Positions 12,669 to 23,411 of a stretch of 64,000 nt of DNA are shown piece after piece (positions within the stretch are counted from its first letter, which is position 1; the number at the start of each line of letters is the position of its first letter). Both the position numbers and the translations under genes were made by a program. Under the pieces are notes generated by a model, which was not told where the DNA came from, did no database searches, and saw nothing but the letters and a program-made list of their open reading frames with translations. The stretch comes from Candidatus Binatia bacterium (GTDB taxonomy: Bacteria; Desulfobacterota; Binatia; DP-6): contig DASRHG010000146.1 of the NCBI GenBank assembly GCA_035650655.1, positions 5,923 through 69,922 on the forward strand. The letters are read 5' to 3'.

Positions 12669-12741
12669 CGGGCGCGCGCGCCGCGGCAGGCGCGCCTCGA
12701 GTCCCTTGCCGGTCGCGCATCGCGGGAGTAGACATCCGGGC

Positions 12742-13158
12742 ATGGTGGGCATGGTCGTCGTGGGGCATGGGCGGTTGGGCGAGGAAATGGTTCAGACGCT
12801 CGAGAGCGTGCTCGGCCCCATCGAGGCGCTCGAGGCCGTCGCGAACAGCTCGAGCGACTCGCCGGAGAGCGTTCGCGCCCGCATCGAGGCCGCCGTGCGT
12901 CGCGTCGACCGCGGTGCCGGCGTCATCATCCTGACCGACATGCTCGGTGACACGCCCACGAACCAGAGCCTCGCGCTCGCGCGCGAGATCGGCGCCGAGG
13001 TGGTCGCCGGCATCAACATGCCGATCCTCATCAAGCTCGCGACGACCCGTGACCAGATGGATGCCCACGCGCTCGCGTGCTTCATCCAGCGCTACGGGCA
13101 GGAGCACATCGTGTGGGCGACGGAGCCGCCTCCCGCCCGCCGCCGCCAGGCCACCTGA
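12742..13158 (+). CDS. PTS mannose-family EIIA component
   Basis: MVGMVVVGHGRLGEEM.. (phospho-His in VVGHG) and ILTDMLGDTPTN, typical of the EIIA-Man fold. ATG 12742 lies inside track ORF 12706..13158. Confidence 0.8.
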   Translation: MVGMVVVGHGRLGEEMVQTLESVLGPIEALEAVANSSSDSPESVRARIEAAVRRVDRGAGVIILTDMLGDTPTNQSLALAREIGAEVVAGINMPILIKLATTRDQMDAHALACFIQRYGQEHIVWATEPPPARRRQAT

Positions 13159-13164
13159 ACCTCG

Positions 13165-13455
13165 ATGGTCCCCTGCGCCCCGACCGAGTGCAGCGCGACC
13201 CTCGAGATCGTGAACCGCCTGGGGCTCCACGCGCGCGCCGCCGCGCTGCTCGTGCAGACGGCGAGCCGGTTCGACGCCGAGATCGCGATCGCGAAGGACG
13301 GACAGACGGTGAACGGGCGGAGCATCATGGGCGTCATGATGCTGGCCGCGGAGCAGGGCAGCCAGATCCACGTGACGGCGACCGGCCGCCAGGCGCGCGA
13401 GGCCCTCGACGCGATCCGCGCGCTCGTCGCGGCACGCTTCCAGGAGAGCGAGTAG
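13165..13455 (+). CDS. ptsH: phosphocarrier protein HPr/NPr
   Basis: [18 protein letters not shown] (His-15 region) and [12 protein letters not shown] (Ser-46 region, the HprK target). Confidence 0.9.
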   Translation: MVPCAPTECSATLEIVNRLGLHARAAALLVQTASRFDAEIAIAKDGQTVNGRSIMGVMMLAAEQGSQIHVTATGRQAREALDAIRALVAARFQESE

Positions 13456-13536
13456 CGCGGCGCCACGCGTCCGCCCGCCGGCGCGCGCTTGCTCCCGCGG
13501 ACGCGCTTCCGGTATACGCCCGCGTTGGCGCCGCGC
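13455..13536 (+). repeat. long-range inverted repeat (15 bp with one bulged T) in the ptsH-metK spacer
   Basis: GCGCGGCGCCACGCG (13455-13469) pairs with CGCGTTGGCGCCGCGC (13521-13536). It starts on the ptsH stop codon and has no U-tract. Confidence 0.5.
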
Positions 13537-13579
13537 GCGTGCGGCCCGCCCGCTCCTCACCTCAGGAGGCAAGGACTCG

Positions 13580-16056
<2,477 letters not shown>

Positions 16057-16071
16057 GCGCGGCGCGTCCGC

Positions 16072-17217
16072 TCAGACGAACGTCGCGGCGACGGCGTCGG
16101 CGAAGAGGAGCCCGCGCGGCGTGAGCCGGAGGCAGTGGCCCGCGGGCTCGACGAGCCCGTCCGCGACGAGCCGCTCGACCGCTGGGAACGCCGTCGCGAG
16201 CGCGACGCCGAACCGGCGCCGGAACGCGTCCGCGTCGACGCCCGCGATCCGGCGGAGGCCGGCGAAGCAGAACTCGCCGCGCGCCTGCGCCTCGGTGAGC
16301 ACGCCGACCGCCGCGATCGCCGTGCCGCGCGCCGCGACGGCCGCCGCCCAGCGCGCCGGGTCGCGCTCGTTGGCGCTCCGCCGGCCGGGGAAGGGCTCCG
16401 CGCTGAACGAGTGCGCGCCCGGCCCGAGGCCCAGGTAGTCGGAGCCGTCCCAGTAGCGGGTGTTGTGCCGGCTCTCGAAGCCGGGCCGCGCGAAGCTCGA
16501 GATCTCGTAGCGCGCGAGCCCGGCCCCATCGAGGCGCACGGCGATGCGGGCCGCCATCTCGACCTCGTCGTCCTCGGAGACGGCGCGGAGCCGGCCGCGC
16601 GCGCGCCAGGCGGCGAACGGCGTCCCGGGCTCCCAGGTGAGGGCGTACGCCGAGACGTGCGGCGGCGCGAGCGCGAGGAGCGCGTCCAGGTCCGCCTCGC
16701 AGTCGGCGACCGTCTCGCCCGGGACGGCGTAGATGAGGTCGAGGCTCACGTTCACGAACCCGGCGGCGCGCGCGGCGGCGACCGCGGCCGGCGTGTCGGC
16801 GGCGGCGTGGTCGCGGCCGAGCGTCCGGAGGAGCCGCGCGTCGAAGGACTGGGCGCCGAGCGAGAGGCGCGTCACACCGGCTGCCCGGTAGCCGCGGAGC
16901 GAGGCGTCGGAGACCGTGCCGGGGTTCGCCTCGAGCGTCACCTCGGCGTCGGCGACGAGCCCCGTGCGGCGGGCCGCGTCGACGATCGACGCGACCGCGT
17001 CGGGCGCGAGCAGGGACGGCGTGCCGCCGCCCAGGTAGAGCGTCGCGACGGGCCGCCCGGCCCACGGCGGCGCGCTCGCGTGTGCCGCGAGCTCGCGGGC
17101 GACGGCGGCGGCGAACTCCGCGCCGGGGACGCGGGCGGCGGCGTGGACGTTGAAGTCGCAGTACGGGCAGACGTGCCGGCACCACGGCACGTGCACGTAG
17201 AGCGCGAACGGCGTCAT
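16072..17217 (-). CDS. hemW: radical SAM family heme chaperone HemW (HemN-like)
   Basis: LYVHVPWCRHVCPYCDF (CxxxCxxC radical-SAM cluster), and the GGGTPS motif in LYLGGGTPSLL. Length of about 380 aa is typical of HemW. Confidence 0.88.
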   Translation of the reverse strand: MTPFALYVHVPWCRHVCPYCDFNVHAAARVPGAEFAAAVARELAAHASAPPWAGRPVATLYLGGGTPSLLAPDAVASIVDAARRTGLVADAEVTLEANPGTVSDASLRGYRAAGVTRLSLGAQSFDARLLRTLGRDHAAADTPAAVAAARAAGFVNVSLDLIYAVPGETVADCEADLDALLALAPPHVSAYALTWEPGTPFAAWRARGRLRAVSEDDEVEMAARIAVRLDGAGLARYEISSFARPGFESRHNTRYWDGSDYLGLGPGAHSFSAEPFPGRRSANERDPARWAAAVAARGTAIAAVGVLTEAQARGEFCFAGLRRIAGVDADAFRRRFGVALATAFPAVERLVADGLVEPAGHCLRLTPRGLLFADAVAATFV

Positions 17218-17233
17218 GGCCGCGCGCGCGCGC

Positions 17234-17833
17234 TCATCGGTACCGGCGGAGCACGGCGATCACCTCGCCGCGGATCTCGACCTCGTCCGCCGGGGCGACG
17301 ATCGGGGCGACGCGCTCGTTCGCCGGCATGAGCCGGACGCGGTCGCCGCGCTCGCGGTAGAGCTTCTTGACGGTCGCCTCGCCGCGGACGAGCGCCACGA
17401 CCGTCGCGCCGTCGACCGCGTCGGGGCGCGCCTCGACGACCACGAGGTCGCCGTCGAGGATCCCCTCGTCGATCATCGAATCGCCGCGCACGCGGAGCGC
17501 GAACGTCTCACCGCGTCCAAGGAGCTCCTCGGGGAGCGTCACCGTCTCCGGCTCCTCGACGGGCTCGATCGGCGTGCCGGCGGCGACCCGGCCGAGGAGC
17601 GGCACCGTGACCGCCCGGGCGTCGGGCGCGACGGCGAGCTCGAGCGCGCGGCTCTGGTTCGGGAGCCGGCGGATGACGCCCTTCCGCTCGAGGTTCTGGA
17701 GGTGCTTGTGGACGGTCGCGAGCGAGGCGAGGTCGAAGTGACGGCCGATCTCCTCGAGCGTCGGCGCGTAGCCGTTCTCCGCGATGTACGCGCGCAGGTA
17801 GTCGAACATCTCCTTCTGCCGCCGGGTCATCAT
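17234..17833 (-). CDS. lexA: SOS repressor LexA
   Basis: MMTRRQKEMFDYLRAYIAENGYAPTLEEIG.. (wHTH), the Ala-Gly cleavage site in GRVAAGTP, and the S24 peptidase motifs VRGDSM and KKL. This is the C-terminal part of track ORF 17234..19852(-). Confidence 0.93.
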   Translation of the reverse strand: MMTRRQKEMFDYLRAYIAENGYAPTLEEIGRHFDLASLATVHKHLQNLERKGVIRRLPNQSRALELAVAPDARAVTVPLLGRVAAGTPIEPVEEPETVTLPEELLGRGETFALRVRGDSMIDEGILDGDLVVVEARPDAVDGATVVALVRGEATVKKLYRERGDRVRLMPANERVAPIVAPADEVEIRGEVIAVLRRYR

Positions 17834-17935
17834 CGCCCCGTCCTCCCGGGCGAGCACCCTAAGCGAAGGAAAGGCGAACCGCAACGCCGGCCGCCAGCCG
17901 TTGACGGCCGGCGAGCATGGCACTCTCGTGGCCTC

Positions 17936-19624
17936 GTGACACCCTTCCGCGATCTCGCCGCCTTGTGCGAGGCGCTCGCGCGCACGCGCAGCCGGCGCGC
18001 GCTGGCGGGGCGTCTCGCGGAGTTCCTCGCCGCGCTCGACCCCGATGAGGTGCGGCCGGCGGTCCGGCTCCTCCTCGGGACGGCGGGGAAGGGCGAGGCG
18101 GCGGTGAGCGGCGCGACCGTCGCGCGCGTCCTCGCGCGGATGGCGGGACGGCCGCAGATGCCCCCCGAGGCGTGGGCGGGCGCCGTCGACTTCGGCGAGG
18201 CCGCCGAGCGCCTCCTCGCCGAGTCCGGGAGCGGGGCGGGCGAGCCCCCGGCGCTCGCGATCGCGGAGGTCGAGGCGCGGATCCGGGCGCTCGCGGGCGC
18301 GCGGGGCGCGGGCTCGCGGGCGGCGAAGGAGCGGCTCCTCGCCGACCTCCTCGCGGCGCTCACGCCGGTCGAGGCGAAGTACGTCGTGAAGAACCTGATC
18401 CGGGAGATGCGGACGGGGGTCGCCGATGGCATCGTCCTGGACGCGCTCGCGCGCGCCGCGGGGACGCGCCGCGACGCGATCGCCCGCATGCACCTCCTCG
18501 AGGGCGACCTCGCCGAGGTCGCCGCGCGCGTCCTCGCGCACCGGGGCGGGCCGCCGCCCGAGAGCGCGCTCGAGTACTTCCGGCCGCTCCGCCCGATGCT
18601 CGCCCAGACCGCGGAGAGCGTCACGGAGGCGCTCGCGCTCTTCGAGGGGCGCGCGGCGGTCGAGGAGAAGCTCGACGGGGCGCGCGTCCAGATTCACAAG
18701 CGCGGCTCCACCTGCCGGCTCTACTCGCGCCGCCTCCAGGAGCTGACGGGGAGCCTGCCCGACGTCGTGGCGCACGTCCACGCGGACCTCGCCGTCCCCG
18801 CCGCGATCCTCGAGGGCGAGGTGGTCGCCGTCGACGCCGCGGGCCGCATGCTCCCGTTCCAGGAGCTCATGCGCCGCTTCCGTCGCCGGCGCGACGTCGA
18901 GCGGCTCGTCGCCGAGGTGCCGGTGCGCCTCCAGCTGTTCGACGTCCTCCAGGTGGAGGACGCGCCGCTCATCGACGAGCCCTACGGCGCGCGATGGGCG
19001 ACGCTCGAGCGCGTGCGGGGCGGCTGTGCGGGCGTCGGGCGCGTCGCGCCGGAGGACGCGACGGCGGGCGAGGCGTTCTACGCGCGCGCGCTCGCCGACG
19101 GGCTCGAGGGCGTCATGGTGAAGGGCCTCGACGCCCCGTACGCGCCGGGCATCCGCGGCCGGGGGTGGCTCAAGGTGAAGCGGGCGACGACGCTCGACCT
19201 GGTGGTCGTCGCCGCGGACCGCGGCTACGGCCGGCGGCACGGCTGGCTCAGCAACTACCACCTCGCCGCCCGCGACGAGGAGACGGGGCGGCTCGAGCCC
19301 GTCGGCAAGACGTTCAAGGGGCTCACGGACGCCGAGCTCCGGGCCATGACGGAGCGCCTCTCCGCCCTCGCGGTCGGCGAGCGCGGCCCGACCGTCTTCG
19401 TCGAGCCGCGCGTGGTCGTCGAGGTCCGCTTCTCCGACCTCCAGCGGAGCCCGACGTACCCGGCCGGCCTCGCGCTCCGCTTCGCGCGCATCGTCCGCGT
19501 CCGCGACGACAAGACGCCCGCCGAGGCCGACACGATCCAGCACCTCCGCACGCTCCTCGCGCGGCAGCAGGCCGGCGGACGCCCCGGCGGCGCCGAGCTT
19601 GCGAGCCCGGGACCCCGCCGCTAA
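17936..19624 (+). CDS. ATP-dependent DNA ligase (Lig1/LigB-like, with N-terminal DNA-binding domain)
   Basis: Adenylation motif I is EEKLDGARVQIH. Further motifs: EGEVVA, GLEGVMVK, WLKVK. The conserved N-terminus FRDLAALCEALARTRSR follows GTG 17936. Confidence 0.9.
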   Translation: MTPFRDLAALCEALARTRSRRALAGRLAEFLAALDPDEVRPAVRLLLGTAGKGEAAVSGATVARVLARMAGRPQMPPEAWAGAVDFGEAAERLLAESGSGAGEPPALAIAEVEARIRALAGARGAGSRAAKERLLADLLAALTPVEAKYVVKNLIREMRTGVADGIVLDALARAAGTRRDAIARMHLLEGDLAEVAARVLAHRGGPPPESALEYFRPLRPMLAQTAESVTEALALFEGRAAVEEKLDGARVQIHKRGSTCRLYSRRLQELTGSLPDVVAHVHADLAVPAAILEGEVVAVDAAGRMLPFQELMRRFRRRRDVERLVAEVPVRLQLFDVLQVEDAPLIDEPYGARWATLERVRGGCAGVGRVAPEDATAGEAFYARALADGLEGVMVKGLDAPYAPGIRGRGWLKVKRATTLDLVVVAADRGYGRRHGWLSNYHLAARDEETGRLEPVGKTFKGLTDAELRAMTERLSALAVGERGPTVFVEPRVVVEVRFSDLQRSPTYPAGLALRFARIVRVRDDKTPAEADTIQHLRTLLARQQAGGRPGGAELASPGPRR

Positions 19625-19634
19625 GCTCGGCCGC

Positions 19635-20447
19635 GTGTCGGCGGCGCGTCTCGCCGGAGCCTTCGCCCTCGCGGGCGCCTTCGCGTGCATCGCGCTCGCG
19701 GCCGACCCGGTGCCCGGGCGCGTGATCCGGTACGACGCGGACACGCTCACCGTCCACGTGACCAAGGTCCCGCTCGACGAGGTGATCGCGGAGATCGGGC
19801 GCCAGACGGGAGCGGCGATCCGCGGCGGCGTGAAGGACGGCCGCGAGGTCACGGTCGAGTTCGACCGCGTCCCGCTCGCCGAGGCGCTCTCTCGCCTCCT
19901 CGGCGATCAGAACTTCGCGCTCGTCTACGGCGACGGCGGGAAGCTTCGCGTCGTCAAGCTCCTCGGCGGGCCGCAGCCCGTCGCGGTGGCGACGCCCGCG
20001 CCCGCGGCGCCGGCGTCGACGGCGGCGCCGCCGTCCGGCATGACCCCGCAGCAGGCCGCGATGCAGCTCGCGGCGATCCTCCAGGAGCACCCGCCGATTC
20101 CCGTGAGCGGCGCGCTCGCGCAGTCGCTCGGCCGCGACAACGCGACCTTCCTCGAAATCGTGAACGCGGGGCTCCATGCCGACGACGTGAACGTGCGCCA
20201 GGAGGCCGTGCGCGCGGGCATCCAGGCGATGGAGGGCGATTCCGACGTGCGGAACGGCGTCCTCGGGGCGATGAAGAACGTCGACGACACGACGCTCGCC
20301 GCGATGCTCCACGGCATCGCCGCCGACCACGCCGAGGAGTTCCTCGTCCGGACGGCGGCCGAGGCGAAGACCGGCGACCTGCGGCTGAAGGCGTCGGCGA
20401 TCCTCCAACAGCTGCGGACGCAGAGCCGGCAGGTGAACGGCGGGTAG
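19635..20447 (+). CDS. hypothetical secreted protein with HEAT-like C-terminal repeats
   Basis: Signal-like N-terminus VSAARLAGAFALAGAFACIALA. The C-terminus has D..VR..A helical repeats (DDVNVRQEAVRAGIQAMEGDSDVRNGVL). No confident family assignment. Confidence 0.5.
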   Translation: MSAARLAGAFALAGAFACIALAADPVPGRVIRYDADTLTVHVTKVPLDEVIAEIGRQTGAAIRGGVKDGREVTVEFDRVPLAEALSRLLGDQNFALVYGDGGKLRVVKLLGGPQPVAVATPAPAAPASTAAPPSGMTPQQAAMQLAAILQEHPPIPVSGALAQSLGRDNATFLEIVNAGLHADDVNVRQEAVRAGIQAMEGDSDVRNGVLGAMKNVDDTTLAAMLHGIAADHAEEFLVRTAAEAKTGDLRLKASAILQQLRTQSRQVNGG

Positions 20448-20478
20448 GCGGCCGGGCCGACCCGCGGGCACCCCGCGT

Positions 20479-21492
20479 CTAGCGCCGGCCGTTCACGAGC
20501 GCCCGGCGGTAGCGCGCGACGGCCAGGTTGTGGGCGGCGAGCGTGGCCGAGAACTCGTGCGTGCCGTCGCCGCGCGCGACGAAGTAGAGGTAGTCGACGT
20601 GCGCCGGATCGACGGCCGCCCGGAGCGCCGCCTCGCCCGGGTTCGCGATCGGCGCCGGGGGCAGGCCGCTCCGCATGTAGGTGTTGTAGGGCGTCGGGCG
20701 GAGGAGGTCCGCGTGCGTGAGCGTCCGGTCGTGCCCTTCGCGCCCGTAGAGCACGGTCGGGTCGGACTGGAGCGGCATGCCGCGCCGCAGGCGGTTCAGG
20801 AAGACGGCCGCGACGAGGGGGCGCTCCTCGGGCCGGCCCGTCTCCGCCTCGACGAGCGAGGCGAGCGTCACCGCCTCCTCCGCGGAGAGCCCGAGCGCGG
20901 CCGCGCGCAGCGCGAAGGTGGGTCCCGTCTTCTCCGCGAAGCGGTGGATCATCGTCCGGAGGATGCGCTCCTGCGGCATGCCGAGCGGGAAGGTGTACGT
21001 GTCGGGGAAGAGGTAGCCTTCCGCGCCGGTCGCGGGGAGGTCCTCCGAGGCGAGGAAGGCGGGGTCGTCCAACAGACAGAGGAAGCTCTCCTCCGATCCG
21101 AAGCCGGCGGCTGCGAGGAGGCCGACGACGTCGCGGAGCGTGCGGCCCTCGGGGATCGTCACGGCGTGGACCGGGTCCGGCGGGCCCGTGACGCGGGCGA
21201 GGAGCTCCAGCGGCGAGAGCGGCGTCGTCACGAAGTACTCGCCCCAGTGGACGTGCCGGTCGCGCCCGCTCACGCGCGCCCAGAGACGCAGCGCGAGCGG
21301 ATGGGCGAGGACCCCCTGGCGGTGGAGGTCCGCGGCGATCTCGGCGAAGGGCTCGCCCTCGTCGACGGTGATCGTCACCGGCGTCGTGCGCGGCGGGCCC
21401 GGCGCGTGGAGGACGAGGGCGAGCGCCACGGCGACGGCGGCCGTGCCGAGCGCGAGGACCGCGAGCGCGGCGGCGAGGCGGCGGGCGGTCAC
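20479..21492 (-). CDS. mltG: endolytic murein transglycosylase MltG (YceG-like)
   Basis: Membrane anchor, then EGYLFPDTYTF, ASLVEAET, LQSDPTVLYG, YNTY..GLPP.PIANPG. Confidence 0.9.
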   Translation of the reverse strand: MTARRLAAALAVLALGTAAVAVALALVLHAPGPPRTTPVTITVDEGEPFAEIAADLHRQGVLAHPLALRLWARVSGRDRHVHWGEYFVTTPLSPLELLARVTGPPDPVHAVTIPEGRTLRDVVGLLAAAGFGSEESFLCLLDDPAFLASEDLPATGAEGYLFPDTYTFPLGMPQERILRTMIHRFAEKTGPTFALRAAALGLSAEEAVTLASLVEAETGRPEERPLVAAVFLNRLRRGMPLQSDPTVLYGREGHDRTLTHADLLRPTPYNTYMRSGLPPAPIANPGEAALRAAVDPAHVDYLYFVARGDGTHEFSATLAAHNLAVARYRRALVNGRR

Positions 21493-21496
21493 GTCC

Positions 21497-21913
21497 TCAG
21501 CTCGCTCCCCGGCGGGCGAGGTAGCTCTGGAGGATGATCGTCGCCGCGACCTTGTCGACGAGGTCGCGCCGCCGGCGCCGGCTCACGTCCGCCGCGACGA
21601 GGACGCGCTCGGCCTCGACCGTCGTGAGGCGCTCGTCCCAGAACTCGAGCGGCAGGCCGAGGTGCTCGGCGGCGCGCGTCGCGAACGCACGCACCTTCGC
21701 CGCCTGCGGTCCTTCCGTCCCGTCGAGCGAGAGCGGCAGCCCGACGACGAGGCGCTCGGGCTCGTACGGGCGGAGCATCTCGGCGAGCGCCTCGAGGTCC
21801 CGCCGGCCGCCGACGCGCTTCACGACGCCGATGCCGTGCGCGGTGATGCCGAGCGCGTCGCTCACGGCGACCCCGATGCGCGCCTCGCCGACGTCGAGGG
21901 CCGCCACCCGCAT
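21497..21913 (-). CDS. ruvX: Holliday junction resolvase-like nuclease RuvX (YqgF)
   Basis: MRVAALDVGEARIGVAVSD..LVVGLPLSLDGTEGPQA..WDERLTT.EAE. This is the internal start of track ORF 21497..22330(-). Confidence 0.88.
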   Translation of the reverse strand: MRVAALDVGEARIGVAVSDALGITAHGIGVVKRVGGRRDLEALAEMLRPYEPERLVVGLPLSLDGTEGPQAAKVRAFATRAAEHLGLPLEFWDERLTTVEAERVLVAADVSRRRRRDLVDKVAATIILQSYLARRGAS

Positions 21914-21985
21914 GCGATCGACGCGTACACGGAGCGGCGGGAGCGCGCAAGAAACGATTTTGCGATTGACAACCAATACTGCGTT

Positions 21986-22001
21986 TGGCACGGTGCGCGC
22001 G
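21986..22001 (+). promoter_or_regulatory. weak sigma-54-like -24/-12 motif upstream of the M23 peptidase gene
   Basis: TGGCACGGTGCGCGCG has a perfect -24 TGGCACG and correctly spaced GC, but the -12 reads GCGC rather than TTGC. A perfect TTGACA also lies at 21966-21971. Confidence 0.25.
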
Positions 22002-22056
22002 CGCCCACCCAGTTCGCCGCGAGCGCCTTCCGCGGCGAGATCGGAGGATTCGGGAA

Positions 22057-23406
22057 GTGGTGAGAGACGGTGGCCTCGGGAGGCTCGTGCGAAGCATCGC
22101 GACCATCGCCTGCGTCGTCTCGCTCGTGCACCCGTGGCCCGCGAATGGCCGCCGTCATCGACGCGCCAACCGGACGCACCGCTCCCACGTGCCCCCGAAG
22201 AAGACGCGGCCGAAGGTCGCGCACTCCGCGCCGGCGCCCACCGCGTCGGAGAGCGCGGGGACGCGCGGGCTCGCGGAAGAGCACGTCCATCTGAAGCGCG
22301 GCGACACGCTCGACTCGGTGCTCGCCGCACGCGGCGTCGAGGCCGCCGAGGCGCGGCCGTGGGTCGCCGCCGCGGCCACCGTCTACGACCTCCGGCGGCT
22401 CCGCCCGCGGCGCGGCCTCACGCTGCGCTTCGATCGCGCGACGCACCGGCTCGAGGCCGTCCTGTACGAGATCGATGACCGGGCGCTCCTCGTGCTCGAG
22501 CGGAGCGCCCACGGCATCACGGCGCGGCACGCGACGCTCCCCTACTTCACGGAGGTGAAGGGTGTGGCGGGGCGGATCGACCGCGGCCTCCGCGAGGACG
22601 CCACCGAGGCCGGCGTGCCGCCGAGCGTCGTCTCCGAGGTGGCCGACATCTTCGGCTGGGAGCTCGACGTCGGGAGCGATCTCCATCCGGGCGACGAGTT
22701 CCGCATCCTCTACGAGAACATCTGGCAGACCGGCGAAACGCGCCCCGAGCCCGGGAAGGTGATCGGCGCGGAGATCGTCGCCGACGGCCGGCCGATGACC
22801 GCCGTCTACTTCGAGGACGCCGACGGCCACGGCGGCTACTACCGGCCGACCGGCGACGCCGTCTCGCGCGACCTCCTCCGCTACCCCGTGGAGTTCACCG
22901 AGATCAGCTCGGAGTTCTCGCTCGTGCGGCGTCACCCGATTCTCCACCGGAACCGCCCCCATCTGGGCGTCGACTTCGTCGCGCCCTCCGGCACGCCGGT
23001 CCGCGCGGTCGCAAACGGCGTCGTCAGCTACGAGGGATGGGTGAAGCAGCTCGGGCGCTGCGTCCGCATCGAGCACCCGAACGCGCTCACGTCGACGTAC
23101 GGACACCTCCAGCGCATCGCCTCGGGCGTGAAGGCGGGCGCGTCCGTCGAGCGCGGGCAGGTGATCGGCTACGTCGGCGCGAGCGGCCTCGCGACGGGCC
23201 CGCATCTCCACTTCTCGCTCCATCGCGACGGCGAGTTCGTCGACCCGCTCGCCGTCTGGTCGGCGCCGGAGTCCCGCATCCCCGACGGCGCGCGGCGCGC
23301 CTTCGACCGCGTGCAGGCGGCGGTCACGCGGCAGCTCGCCGTCCTCCCCGAGACGCTCCACCCGCTCACGGTCTCGCTCTCGGCGCGCGAGCTCCGCGCG
23401 GAGTAG
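22057..23406 (+). CDS. M23 family metallopeptidase (murein DD-endopeptidase-like)
   Basis: HLGVDFVAPSGTPVRA..G..V.IEHPN.L.STYGHL..I.V..G..V..GQ.IGYVG.SG..TGPHLHF. The GTG at 22057 is preceded by GGAGGA. Confidence 0.88.
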   Translation: MVRDGGLGRLVRSIATIACVVSLVHPWPANGRRHRRANRTHRSHVPPKKTRPKVAHSAPAPTASESAGTRGLAEEHVHLKRGDTLDSVLAARGVEAAEARPWVAAAATVYDLRRLRPRRGLTLRFDRATHRLEAVLYEIDDRALLVLERSAHGITARHATLPYFTEVKGVAGRIDRGLREDATEAGVPPSVVSEVADIFGWELDVGSDLHPGDEFRILYENIWQTGETRPEPGKVIGAEIVADGRPMTAVYFEDADGHGGYYRPTGDAVSRDLLRYPVEFTEISSEFSLVRRHPILHRNRPHLGVDFVAPSGTPVRAVANGVVSYEGWVKQLGRCVRIEHPNALTSTYGHLQRIASGVKAGASVERGQVIGYVGASGLATGPHLHFSLHRDGEFVDPLAVWSAPESRIPDGARRAFDRVQAAVTRQLAVLPETLHPLTVSLSARELRAE

Positions 23407-23411
23407 GGCGC

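Noticed and set aside
13456-13579. A known SAM or SAH riboswitch upstream of metK-ahcY.
   Set aside because: I could not find the conserved cores of SAM-I, SAM-II/V, SAM/SAH or SAH elements by eye. Only generic hairpins are present, and those are reported separately as an unclassified structure.
17918-17933. TGGCAC-TCTCG-TGGC, a sigma-54-like motif in the lexA/ligase spacer.
   Set aside because: The predicted start site would fall downstream of the ligase GTG (17936), whose following residues are the conserved ligase N-terminus. This is probably a chance match.
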